Assembly (NCBI RefSeq): GCF_001194135.2
Contig: NC_069002.1
Coordinates: 34,066,926 to 34,102,156 of the forward strand
Reading direction: 5' to 3'
Source: Octopus bimaculoides
Taxonomy: Eukaryota
Length of the DNA stretch: 35,231 nt
A program made the position numbers and the translations under genes. Each line of letters opens with the position of its first letter. The stretch's first letter is position 1. Shown here piece by piece: positions 24,210-35,231 of the stretch. The notes below the pieces were generated by a model that was given only the letters and a program-made list of their open reading frames with translations, did no database searches and was not told the DNA's origin.

Positions 24210-24600
24210 TGGAGTTGCAATGGCCCAGTGGTTAAAGCAGCGGACTCGCGGTCAAAGGATCGCGGTTTCGATTCCCAGACCGGGCGTTGTGAGTGTTTAT
24301 TGAGCGAAAACACCTAAAAGCTCCACGAGGCTCCGGCAGGGATGGTGGCGAACCCTGCTGTACTCTTTCGCCACAACTTTCTCTCACTCTTACTTCCTCT
24401 TTCTGTTGTACCTGTAATTCAAAGGGCCAGCCTTGTCACACTGTGTCACGCTGAATATCATCGAGAACTACGTCATCGTTACACGTGTCTGTGGAGTGCT
24501 CAGCCACTTGCCCCTTAATTTCACGAGCAGGCTGTTCCGTTGATCGGATCAACTGGAATACTCGACGTCGTAAGCGACGGAGTGCCAACAACAACAACAT
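24210..24600 (+). mobile_element. SINE family B, full length, 11-bp TSD
   Basis: A box TGGCCCAGTGG, B box GGTTTCGATTC, (ACA)n tail. TGTACGTAGAG occurs at 24199-24209 and 24601-24611. Confidence 0.92.
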
Positions 24601-25060
24601 TGTACGTAGAGACTTAAACAAAGAGACATGCATTCATATAATAATAATTGGCATTAATATATATTAGAGATACTCGGTAGGATAATATAAGGGGTAATAT
24701 AACTCCAGGTTGGTCAACTTGAACGTCGAAAAATGTACTGTAGATGTAAATAAGAACATGATAGGTCAGATTTTGTTTCAGGTGCAATTTAAAGTTAGCA
24801 TAAGTATTCTGGTTAGGAATTTGATTTTGTGGACACATTCGAAATATCTCGGACCATCTTTCCAAATGAGCTCATTCTCAGTTGTCATTTCCGTTTCTGT
24901 TCACCCACCCACCAACCTCAAAGAAAATCAAAATCTTTCATTGTCTTCGTATTTACTCCTCAAACTAATAACTACAAAACTTAACAACAGGGATTTCAAC
25001 ACGAATGTTACATAAAGAACACAAAAAAAACGTTACACCTACATATCTTCAGTTCATTGA

Positions 25061-25675
25061 GGCGCAGGCGTGGCTGTGTGGTAAGAAGTTTGCTTCCGTG
25101 CCACATTTTCCCAGACTTCAGATCCCCTGCGTTGAAGTTCGAGCAACAGTTTTCTACTATGGACTCGGACCTTGTGAGTGGATTTGGTACACGTAAAAAC
25201 TGAAAGAAGCCCATGTGTGTTATTTCTTTACTACCCACAAGGGGCTACACACAGAGGGGACAAACAAGGACAGACAAACGGATTAAGTCGATTATATCGA
25301 TCCCAGTGCGTAACTGGTACTTACTTAGTCCACCACGAAAATATGAAAGGTAAAGTCGAATTTGAACTCAAAACGTAGCGGTAGACGAAATACTACTAAG
25401 CATTTCGCCCGGCGTGCTAACGTTTCTGCCAGCTCGCCGCCTTCAGAAAGAAGCTCATGTGTGTGTGTGTGTGTGTGTTTGTGTGTTTGTGTGTGTGTGT
25501 GAGCCTGTGTGTGTGAGCCTGTGTTTGCCCTCCCACCATCGTTTCACAACCGTAGCTTAACGGTTCAGCAACAGACACCGATAGAATAAGTACTAGACTT
25601 TAACAGAATAAGTCGGGTTCTGATTCTTGGACTAAATTCCTTTTAAGTAGTGATCCAGCATCACTGCAGCCAAAA
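25061..25675 (+). mobile_element. SINE family D/E (head - (TG)n linker - tail), interrupted by a family A copy
   Basis: Head 25061-25220, linker 25457-25525, tail 25525-25675 (accgatagaataagtactag...aataagtc). Confidence 0.75.
25221..25445 (-). mobile_element. SINE family A nested in D/E element, 19-bp TSD
   Basis: Full-length reverse copy. GAAAGAAGC(C/T)CATGTGTGT occurs at 25202-25220 and 25446-25464. Confidence 0.9.
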
Positions 25676-25719
25676 AGGTGAAAAAAGTAAAGAAAAAAAG
25701 AAAAGAAGATAGAATATAC

Positions 25720-25885
25720 TTCGCGGCATATCGTCCGTTTTCATGCTCTGAGTTCAAATCCCACCCAGCTCGGCTTTACTTTTCCTCATTTGGGGTCAAG
25801 AATATAAATACCAAGAAGTACTGCGGTATAATCTACTTAACTTTTCCCTCAAAAAACAGCCGGCACTGTGCCAGAATTTGAAACC
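25720..25885 (+). mobile_element. SINE family A, old 5'-truncated copy
   Basis: ctctgagttcaaatcccaccc...tttggggtcaag...tacc...gtgccagaatttgaaac. Confidence 0.6.
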
Positions 25886-26338
25886 TTTTAACGCGATATG
25901 AATTCCGAAACGAACCGATTTTCTAGATATGTATACGTGTTTTATAATTTAATATTTACGTATGGAGTTGTTGTTTTTGCTTCCATAAAGTGCCCTTCAA
26001 CGTATTCATTAGTTAATGTCTATTAATTGCATTCATTAATCACAATTACTACTTGATATCTATTAATGTGTGTAGCTCTTCTGAAAGACTTCAATGTTTT
26101 TTTTAATATTTTGCTTCCTTGTTTCATGAAATTCTCAAGCAATCCACTTACGTGTTACGTGAAAACAATAACTATAAAAACTGCTATATGTATAATTGCA
26201 TACGTGTTTGTGTATGGATGTAAGTATATATTTATATGTACGGTTACATAATATATAATGTATATATATGTATATATCATAAATATGTATACATGTCTTA
26301 TATGTGTATGTATATATATTTACATTATTTTTTTAAAC

Positions 26339-26528
26339 TTTTCTACATGTTTTAGTCATTTGACTGTGGCCATGCTGGAGCACCGCCTTTAGACGAAGAA
26401 ATCGAACCGAGGACTTATTCTTTGTTAGCCTAGTACTTATTCTATCGGTCTCTTTCGCAGAATCGCTAAGTTACGAGGATGTAAACACACCAGCATCGGT
26501 TGTCAAGCGATGTTGGGGGACAAACACA

Positions 26529-26530
<2 letters not shown>
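26339..26530 (-). mobile_element. SINE family D/E 3' tail
   Basis: tttagtcatttgactgtggccatgctggagcaccgcc...agtacttattctatcggtc...caaacacagac, followed by (AC)n and a gap. Confidence 0.85.
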
Positions 26531-26562
<32 letters not shown>

Positions 26563-26856
26563 TATATATATATATANNNNNNNNNNNNNNNNNNNNNNNN
26601 NNNNNNNNNNNNNNNNNNNNNNNNNNNNNNNNNNNNNNNNNNNNNNNNNNNNNNNNNNNNNNNNNNNNNNNNNNNNNNNNNNNNNNNNNNNNNNNNNNNN
26701 NNNNNNNNNNNNNNNNNNNNNNNNNNNNNNNNNNNNNNNNNNNNNNNNNNNNNNNNNNNNNNNNNNNNNNNNNNNNNNNNNNNNNNNNNNNNNNNNNNNN
26801 NNNNNNNNNNNNNNNNNNNNNNNNNNNNNNNNNNNNNNNNNNNNNNNNNNNNNNNN

Positions 26857-26934
<78 letters not shown>

Positions 26935-27720
26935 GTTTGTGTATGTGTATTCATATGTGTGAATGTATCTATGTTCACATATTTGTCTATACAAGTACAT
27001 ATGTATACATATGCTCACGTGTAATAAAATAATGTATACAAATAATGTATAGTACATAATGATATCTACAATATCAATGGTTCACGTCGAAACCACTCTC
27101 AGACTGGTGGCGCCCAGATGAAGCAACGTGCATTTGAAATGTGGAATACTGACAGATATCTAACACTATTTAGTGCTGATGCGTGAGGATCTATGTATTT
27201 TGCAGAGGGTTAGTAGTGCAAATGAGCATCATACTCCTGGACAATATTCTTCATATTGACTCGGAAGAACCACACTGCATTTTCCCGAAGAATATCAAGA
27301 CGCCAGTTTGGATATTTTCCTAAAATCTCTAGTCTACTACGTTTCAATAGATACAACTGACTTATTATAAAACGAATATCGCAAAGTCGTGCCGTTTGCT
27401 GAGTCTTTTCCAGACATATGACTATTTCTAATGTTATCTTCTATTGGCATTTCATAATACATATCAAAATTCCTATTTCAAATTCGTCAAGACTTTGAAT
27501 AAATTGTTCTTTGCCAAAACTTCGGAAGTAAAATGAATGCATTATGCTCCCGAAATTTCCTGCTTTTCACTTTTTTTCCTCTTCTCTTTTTAATCCTAAT
27601 TCTATGCTTGGTTTAGAGTCAGAACAATTAATAAAAAATTATGACACAAAGCAGTGATTGTAGAAATGGGAATTTTGCATTTATTAATTTAAAGCGACAA
27701 ATTTTATCCAGCCTAATCAC

Positions 27721-27812
27721 CTTCTTCTTCTTCTTCTTCTTCTTCTTCTTCTTCTTCTTCTTCTTCTTCTTCTTCTTCTTCTTCTTCTTCTTCTTCTTCT
27801 TCTTCTTCTTCT
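27721..27812. repeat. Pure (CTT)n microsatellite, ~30 units
   Basis: Uninterrupted cttctt run. It produces the poly-K/F/E ORFs. Confidence 0.97.
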
Positions 27813-28545
27813 GCGTTTTCGTCATCGTCGTAGTAGTAGTAGCTGCAACTGCAACTTTTGCATTTCACTGAGCAACCGATCGGTGCTTTAGGTGACTTGG
27901 ATAAATACAAGGATTTCTTGTCGTTATAATGATTCTCTCAAACACAACTGTTCACTGCTTTGAAGGTTCTATGCCCTGTAGAATTTATACGTATTTTCTC
28001 ATGATTATTTATGTGCTGGCTTTTTCCATTATGCATTCGTTTATATGTTTATTTCCTTTTTTTTGTCTTTGCTTATGTTTTTCTTCGGGTTTTGCTTTCT
28101 TTTTCTTTTTTTCCGATCACGCATTACCATTATCGTTATTCTCATATCTTCATATTTCGGTTAATTTCTTCATTTTTAAGAGGGAAATATTATCATGTCA
28201 GTAATTTGTTTTCCCCATTTTCCTCGGATATAACACAGTGTTGATTCGTATTGATATTAGTCTATGTTTAATTGCCTATCAAAGTCTGAAATATTTCTAA
28301 GAGTTGCCTTTGTTGTATGTGTATACAATACAATGCGTGTATTAAATTCTACTAAACGCAAATCACAACTCTCCTATGCATAAATATGTATTGATTCGAT
28401 GTCTTTTTGTTCTTCCAATACTCGTCCTTCTAAACTTCCATTCCTCTTCTTCAGTTTTATGTTGTTCACTTCTTTCTTTTTCATTAAAGCATTTATCCCC
28501 CCCCCCACACCTTTTTCTTCTTCCCATTATTATCATTATTATTGT

Positions 28546-28878
28546 TTAGGCAGCGAGCTGGTAGAATCGTTAGCACGCCGGCTGAAATGCTTAGCGGTAT
28601 TTCGTCCGTCGCTACATCCTGAGTTCGAATTCCGTCGAGGTCAACTTTGCGTTTAATCTTTGCGGGGTCGATAAATTAAGTACCATTTACGCACTGGGGT
28701 CGATGTAATCGATTATACCCCTCTCCCAGATTTCAGCCCTTGTGCCTACAGTAGAAAACATTGTCATTATTATTGTCAAAACAGCGCCGTGGCAGAATCG
28801 TTAGCCAAGCAGCCTTTCGTCCAACATTACGGTCTGAGTTCAAATTCCACCCACGCCAACATCGTCTTTCACCCTCTT
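28546..28878 (+). mobile_element. SINE family A (28546-28763, TSD TCATTATTATTGT) followed by an older partial copy (~28780-28878)
   Basis: aggcagcgagctggtagaatcgttagcacg...gagttcgaattcc...tgtgcctacagtagaaaac. TSD at 28533-28545 and 28764-28776. Confidence 0.85.
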
Positions 28879-29247
28879 AGAACAGACAAAAAAAAATGTA
28901 ACATTTCCGCTCCGAAATTGCTTGTCTTCTACCAATATTTGAAATAATAATTATTAGTTTACTTGTGTATATATATATAGATATACGTGCACGTATGTTG
29001 TGTATAGTTTGTTTGTGCATCTGTTTTGCTTGTAGAACGGAAAAAGGAAGTGCACATACATCATGTTTACAAAAGTAGAAGGAGGCCTTAAGACACACAG
29101 ACATGCAGCTATACTCACATTCACCAGACACGATTTGAAACATATTTATATATACATATCTATCTATCTGTTTACCCATCTTTCTCGATCACTCACTCCA
29201 TATATATAGAGAAATATATATACAGATAGATATGCATATATATGCAT

Positions 29248-29294
<47 letters not shown>

Positions 29295-29813
29295 TGTGTG
29301 TGTGTGTACGTATTCACACATACATATACGCACACACAGATACCACTACTATACAGACGTGTGCTCTTGACAATTTCCTTTAATCATAGAAACAGCATTT
29401 CGACTAAGATTCTGCCAAGCATCTACTGGTTCGTTAAGTGAGATAATATACAGTTCTTAATACGAGTGCTTCACCGCAACGGTAAATTGTATAATTTGGA
29501 ACAAAACTTGAAATGTTGGAAAGAATTTTTCAAAGACATTCATCCAACAATGTAGAACATAATTCCACTGGTGCTTCACAACGCGATACATCGTTACATG
29601 TGTTTGGTTAAATAAACACTATCAAAGACGATACACGCTCACCGCACTGAACATGTCTTATTTGGCTCGCACATCTATGAAGCCGAGACTTATTCCATAC
29701 TAGCATATAAGGAACAAACATCGTTCTTTACAATATTGTCTTCTGTGTTACTTCCAAGTTATTTGTATATCTATCTATCTATCTATCTAAAATGTGTGTT
29801 TATCCATACATAC

Positions 29814-29885
<72 letters not shown>

Positions 29886-29888
29886 GTG

Positions 29889-30110
29889 TGTGGAGGTGCG
29901 TGGCCTAATGGTTAGGGTGTCAGCACATGATTGAAAGATTGTGGTTTCGATCCCTAGACCGGGCGACGCGTTGTGTTCTTTAGCAAAACACTTCATTTCA
30001 CATTGTTCCAGCTCAGTCAGCATAAAAAATGAGTAACGCTGCGATGGACTGGCGTCACGTCCAGCTGGAGAACGCATACGCCATTGAAACGGGAAAACCG
30101 GGCCCATGAA
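29889..30110 (+). mobile_element. SINE family C (tRNA-derived)
   Basis: A box TGGCCTAATGG, B box GGTTTCGATCC, central ttgtgttctttagcaaaacacttcatttcac, tail gggaaaaccgggcccatga. Confidence 0.85.
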
Positions 30111-30242
30111 AACCGATCTGAAACATGGTGCTTCATCAGAGTGAAAAATAAAGGATAAATAAAGGTGAAGAGCATAGAGAAAAAAAAGGGAAAATTTAGA
30201 TAGGGTTGTAATCACACCATTTTGCTTGCGTATCTCCTTGGG

Positions 30243-30322
30243 AAATACGCACTGGGGTCGATCTAATCGACTGGCCTCCGCCCCCAAAAATTCGGGCCTT
30301 GTGTCTAGAGTAGAAAAGAATA
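30243..30322 (+). mobile_element. SINE family A 3' fragment
   Basis: gcactggggtcgatctaatcgact...aaaattcgggccttgtgtctagagtagaaaagaat. Confidence 0.8.
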
Positions 30323-31073
30323 TTTTATGTGCGGAGGATTTGGTCTGGTTTGCGAAAAACTAAGTTGGTGCATCGTCTCACAGAAAGCACAAACAATAAA
30401 ATGCAGAACAGTGTAAAAGAAAGTAAAATCTGTTGTACTTCATGCGGAAGAAGTTCGAGATGTATGTAGGAAGAGATGTATGTGGAAGTCAGAGGTAGAT
30501 GTTGGAAGTTAGTGATGTATGGGTGCGTGTCAGTGATCTTGTAGAGAAGTAGTAACTAAGTGCATGCATAAACAATTTATATTTGACGGTGGATTCATGT
30601 CTTCTTGTTGTGGTACCAGCCGTGAATTATTTCCTCAGTATTTTCGGATTTTATGCATTAATCATACGTTTACTAATACATTTTTTACTGACAAAACTGC
30701 ATATTGACACATAGTTATCACTGGTCAATTGCTGAAAATATAAATTACTTTATTTTGGGACTAAACGTCACGAAATGCGCGATAGACGAATAGACAACTC
30801 ATGCGCTTATGGAAGACAAAAGGAAAAAGAAGAATAAAAATGGATTTTTTTTTTAAAGCTTCTTTAACACCCAGTCGTACAGTTATATATAGAAGTACAC
30901 ACAAACACATATACACACTCAATTATACGCATACCTATTAATGAATATATACATATATCTATATATCGATGCCTCTCTCACTCTACGAATATCTATTTAT
31001 ATGTTTGCGTACGTATTCATATATACAAACACACACGAATGTATTTATATATTACGAATGTTTACGTAGATGC

Positions 31074-31128
<55 letters not shown>

Positions 31129-31439
31129 TTTATCTATGTATGCATTTATCTATGTATTTATGCGTCTCTGTGTGTGTAAGTATGTCTATATGTATGCATT
31201 CTGTATTATACAGACTGTACACCAATGTTTGTGATATTTCTATTATAATTAATGATGGTCACTGCAATATATTTAGCAATAGTTACACATTAATTCTTAC
31301 AAACAAAATAATTTTAGCAGGAAATTCCTGTGTTCACCGCAGCTGTTCAGTGCCATTCGTGAAATATCTTAAAGAATATAACTGAACCAAAGTGTTGGTG
31401 GTATTACAGAGTTTTTCTTGCAAATATTGTAAGTGTTTG

Positions 31440-31440
<1 letters not shown>

Positions 31441-31498
<58 letters not shown>
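31441..31498. repeat. (CT)n microsatellite
   Basis: ctctctct run with few interruptions. Confidence 0.9.
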
Positions 31499-31500
<2 letters not shown>

Positions 31501-31587
31501 GTATGTGTGTATCCACTCGTGAAAACATAATATACCTACCTATTATGGACTGTAGATGTATTATGGTCTGTAGATGTAAGTTTAAGG

Positions 31588-32401
31588 GCTCATACAGGAT
31601 GAGAAAGAACCAATTTCTATCCCAATCCATCAAGAACAAGAGAAAAGACCACCCTACGAAGCTTTTGAACGTACTCAAGAATTCTTTCCAACCGAACATA
31701 TTTTGGTTTTTCTCAGACGAGAAAAAATTCTATCAGGATCAGACAGTGAACACCCATAATATTAGTTAGCTTGCCCTGTCCCTAAAGCATGTGCTAAGAC
31801 TGATAAAAATCAAACATTCAGTCAACATTATGGTACTTGGAGTGATCTCTTGCAATGCCGACGTTATGCCTCCACTCATCGTCCAACATGGCCACACATT
31901 CATCACGGAGGCCTACATGAAGTGCTTGGAGGAAGTAGTGTTACTCGTGGTCAGGGTGTTACTGCTAGAATACCCTATGTCTGGAAACAGGACTCTGCAT
32001 CATGTCACACAAGCAGGAGAACCCAATGGCTGTCAGACAATTTCCGCGACCACATCACCACTAACATCTGGCCACCTACCTCCCCACACAGCAACCCCCT
32101 TTAAATTATGTGTGTGCTACAGTTGAGCGAGAGACCAACAAAACTACTTTTAACACCAAAGATGAACTGAAAGTAAGGATTATGGGAGCATTCACCAACT
32201 TAAACAAAGAGGCCGTTGAGAAAAGTTGCAAGAGATTCCGAATTCGCAGGAGGTCAATGGCGATTTTATTGAATAAATTTATTCGTCAGTAATTCAAGAT
32301 ATTTTTATGTAATTTCGGTAAAAAATATATCAGTTAAAATAAGATGTTATTTTCGTTGTTGCGTAATTTAGACGACGACAGTTTATTCACCGCACCTTCT
32401 A
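31588..32401 (+). mobile_element. Tc1/mariner-superfamily DNA transposon relic, 5'-truncated, frameshifted transposase, right end ending in TA
   Basis: Fragments: SYRMRKNQFLSQ...FWFFSDEKKF (first catalytic D); KHSVNIMVLGVI...AYMKCLEEVV; YVWKQDSASCHTSRRTQ (second D); IWPPTSPHSNPL (WPPxSPDxNP motif, with the D mutated to H); VERETNKT...KSCKRFR. The terminus is cagtttattcaccgcaccttc|TA. Confidence 0.88.
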
Positions 32402-32449
32402 TATGTACATATATGTGTGTGTGTGTGCGTGTCCGTGTAGGCATATATA

Positions 32450-32538
<89 letters not shown>

Positions 32539-33370
32539 GTGTGTGTGTGTGTGTGTAAATATATATTAGTCAATTCGCTCCTAGCTGAGCTAGAACAATT
32601 TATTTAATGTTTTTTAATCTGTTTTGGTATTTATTGCAAGTACTTTCATCCTTTTACTATCAACATCTGTGAGTGCTATGACAAGATTCAGAAGATATAT
32701 TTCTATTATTCTGTGTAAACAATCTCTTTTCATAGCACCACACGATGTTAGCTATTGTCAGATTCTAGATGATATATTGAAATTATCAACAAGCTGAGGA
32801 AATGCCAGAAATAAAGTTAAGGGAAATTTGAGAAGAAGAAAAAAAATAATAATTCCAGTCTTTTGTGGCAGTGAAAATAATTGTTTTTCGATGCATATCG
32901 TATGATTTACGTAAAGGTTTCTTACTAGCACGAAATGTAAGAAATCAAGCTAATTTACGTAACGTTATTTCAGAAGTCTAAACAATTATATCCCGAGACT
33001 GTTCTACAAATTATGGTACGATTTCTTGCAACCCTTTTACAAGGCCTTGGGAAAAGAATTATTCGATTTTATTTCAAGAATGGTACACCTTCTTTAAAAT
33101 GTCTATATGTGAACGGCAATTTCTCCAAGTCAAGTTATCCGCAAAATCTGCCACCTTGGTTGATCTTGATTGAAATAGGTAGATTTTGAATCCTTCGTAC
33201 TTTTTTTCTTTTGGTTTCATTCTGACTATGATTAAACATTGTGTAGCTCTAACATGTCCTCGTTTATAGTTCTTAGTCTTCTAAGTTTTGTTGCTAAATG
33301 ACTTATGATCTAAATTGTTGAAGCAGTGTTCCTGCCTGATTTTCTTATTATGATATAAAAAGCATTATCT

Positions 33371-33531
33371 GTGCAGGTGTTGGTGAGTGGTAAGGAAGTT
33401 TCTTCAAAACCACGTGACTTTGGGGTGAGTCCCACGTCGTGACACATTGGGTAGGTGTCTTCTACCATAGCGTCGGGCCGACCAAAGCATTATAAGTGCA
33501 TCACGTATACGAAAACTGAAAGAAGTCCATC

Positions 33532-33569
<38 letters not shown>

Positions 33570-33625
33570 NNNNNNNNNNNNNNNNNNNNNNNNNNNNNNN
33601 NNNNNNNNNNNNNNNNNNNNNNNNN

Positions 33626-33665
<40 letters not shown>

Positions 33666-34195
33666 TAAGTCTCTGTGTGTGTTTGTGTATCTGAGTGAAT
33701 TTCTGCTTCTGTTTGTCACAGTGAAGGCGCGGCGTGGCTTGGGCATTCAGCTCATGATTGTAAGGTCGTGAGTTCAATTCCCGGCGATGCGTTGTGTCCT
33801 TGAGCAAGACACTTTATTTCACATTGCTCCAGTCCACTCAGGTGGCAAAAATGAGTAGTACCTGTATTTCCCTGAGAACTACGTTATAGTTACACGTGTC
33901 TGTGGATTGCTCAGTCACTTGCATGTTAATTTCATGAACAGGCTGTTCCGTTGATCGTATCAGCTGGGACCATCGTCGTCGTAACCGACGGAGTGCACCC
34001 ATGTCTCTACTAATAATTGGTCGCCGGTGTTGGTGTGCATACTGTCCCGTACCTAACCGATTTGCCAAAATAGAACGACAGAATAAGTACCGGAATTTAA
34101 CAAAAAATAATGGCATTGGGGTCGATTCACTCAGCTTAACTTCGAAGTGGTGCCACAACATGGGCGCAGTCTAATCACAGAAACAAACAATCAAT
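33371..34195 (+). mobile_element. SINE family D/E (head 33371-33535, microsatellite linker, tail ~34012-34195) with nested insertion
   Basis: Head gtgcaggtgttggtgagtggtaagg...gggccgaccaaagc...ctgaaagaag; tail ggtgttggtgtg...agaataagtacc...ggggtcgatt...gtggtgccacaacatgg. Confidence 0.7.
33722..33997 (+). mobile_element. SINE with family C head and family B 3' tail
   Basis: 33722-33870 matches the 29889 head (gttgtgtccttgagcaagacact...ccagtccactcag). 33871-33997 matches the B tail (gagaactacgtt...cgtaaccgacggagtgc). Confidence 0.8.
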
Positions 34196-34984
34196 AGAAA
34201 GATCTATCGTATTTTAGACGGTTGTCAGTTATTTACGACACACCGATGGCATTTACGTATTATCTTCTCGGACAGAATGAATACAAGAGTATAATAATTT
34301 CTCTCTCCATGACAATTACAATCGACGTGGCAGAACCTTGATTCTGTATGAATAAATAGCAGTGATACAATGAGGTCAATACAAACAACTGTCCTCGTCA
34401 CGATTAAAATATCGTTCAGAATTTGCGACAGAGATAAACAACATATTTCCCACCAGATGATATTCACTCTGGCGGTGGTATTGGTGGTGAACGTATTTTC
34501 TACTGTTATTTTAGCTGTTGTTGTTGTTGTTGTTGTTAATAGCGGCGTTGTTGTTAGTGCTCTTGTTTTTGATGATGATGATGAAGATGACGACGACTAA
34601 CTTCAGTAAATCTATGATCAAAACAAATTTATGATCAAAGCCATTCCAGACATGTCTGTCCGTTCATTTTTTTTTTTAATAATATTTTTTATAAAACTTT
34701 ATTATATGTTTCAGATATTTATTTATATCAATGAACAATATCCGATATATATATCCTTCTTCTATACAAAACCGTAAACAAGAATTTAAGAGACATATAC
34801 TTGCTATTACTAGCAAGTCTGGTGAACAGATGTGCTCTCTCTTTTTTTTTTTTTGTCATCTCACCGCTGTATCATTATTAATAACTGAGGAGGGAGAACG
34901 ATGTCGATATTGCCAAAACAACCTCTCATCTGGGTTCAGTTAATTCTTGTTCTTGTCATATTCGTCCTTATAGTAGCAGTTACC

Positions 34985-35170
34985 TTTTATCTGTTTCAGT
35001 CAATAGACTATGGCCATTCGGGAGCACACTGCTTTGAAGAATCTTTTGTCGAATGAAACGACCTCAGTACTAATTTGGTCAGACCGGTTCTTATTGCATC
35101 CGTATCTTTCGCCAAAATACTAAATAGTGGAGACATGGACATGAACACACATACACCGGATGCCAAGCAG
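34985..35170 (-). mobile_element. SINE family D/E tail, diverged
   Basis: ttttatctgtttcagtcaatagactatggccattcgggagcacactgc parallels tttagtcatttgactgtggccatgctggagcaccgc at 26351. Confidence 0.65.
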
Positions 35171-35231
35171 TGGTTCAGAAATTCTGTCATACAAAGATAA
35201 CACCCCATATATATATATATATATATATATA

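Noticed and set aside
30134-30140. CTGATGA on the minus strand
   Set aside because: No stem II or GAAA downstream.
32283-32289. CTGACGA on the minus strand followed by a small hairpin
   Set aside because: No GAAA after the hairpin, and it lies in the mariner 3' region.
35008-35208. 66-aa minus-strand ORF
   Set aside because: It overlaps a diverged SINE D/E tail.

Overview
AT-rich, repeat-dense eukaryotic non-coding DNA, either intronic or intergenic. It has ten N-gaps flanked by (AT)n/(AC)n microsatellites. The SINE families and transposase relic resemble repeats I recall from Octopus genomes; this host assignment is inference, not a database result. No complete protein-coding gene is supportable, and nearly all ORF-track entries are microsatellite or gap artefacts. 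The window holds about 20 tRNA-derived SINE copies from four or five modular families, several with clear target-site duplications. It also holds the 3' end of an RTE-clade LINE (11.5-12.1 kb, minus) and a 5'-truncated, frameshifted Tc1/mariner transposase (31.6-32.4 kb). The most notable signal is six minimal type I hammerhead-ribozyme (HHR) motifs from two unrelated repeat families. Family 1 occurs as head-to-head inverted arms at about 0.34-0.64 kb and 8.09-8.49 kb; at the second locus a tRNA-like Pol III head sits upstream of the ribozyme. Family 2 occurs as two direct repeats 349 nt apart at 15.6-16.1 kb, a retrozyme or Penelope pseudo-LTR-like layout. A few short splice-site-bounded exon candidates exist but cannot be assigned to a gene.
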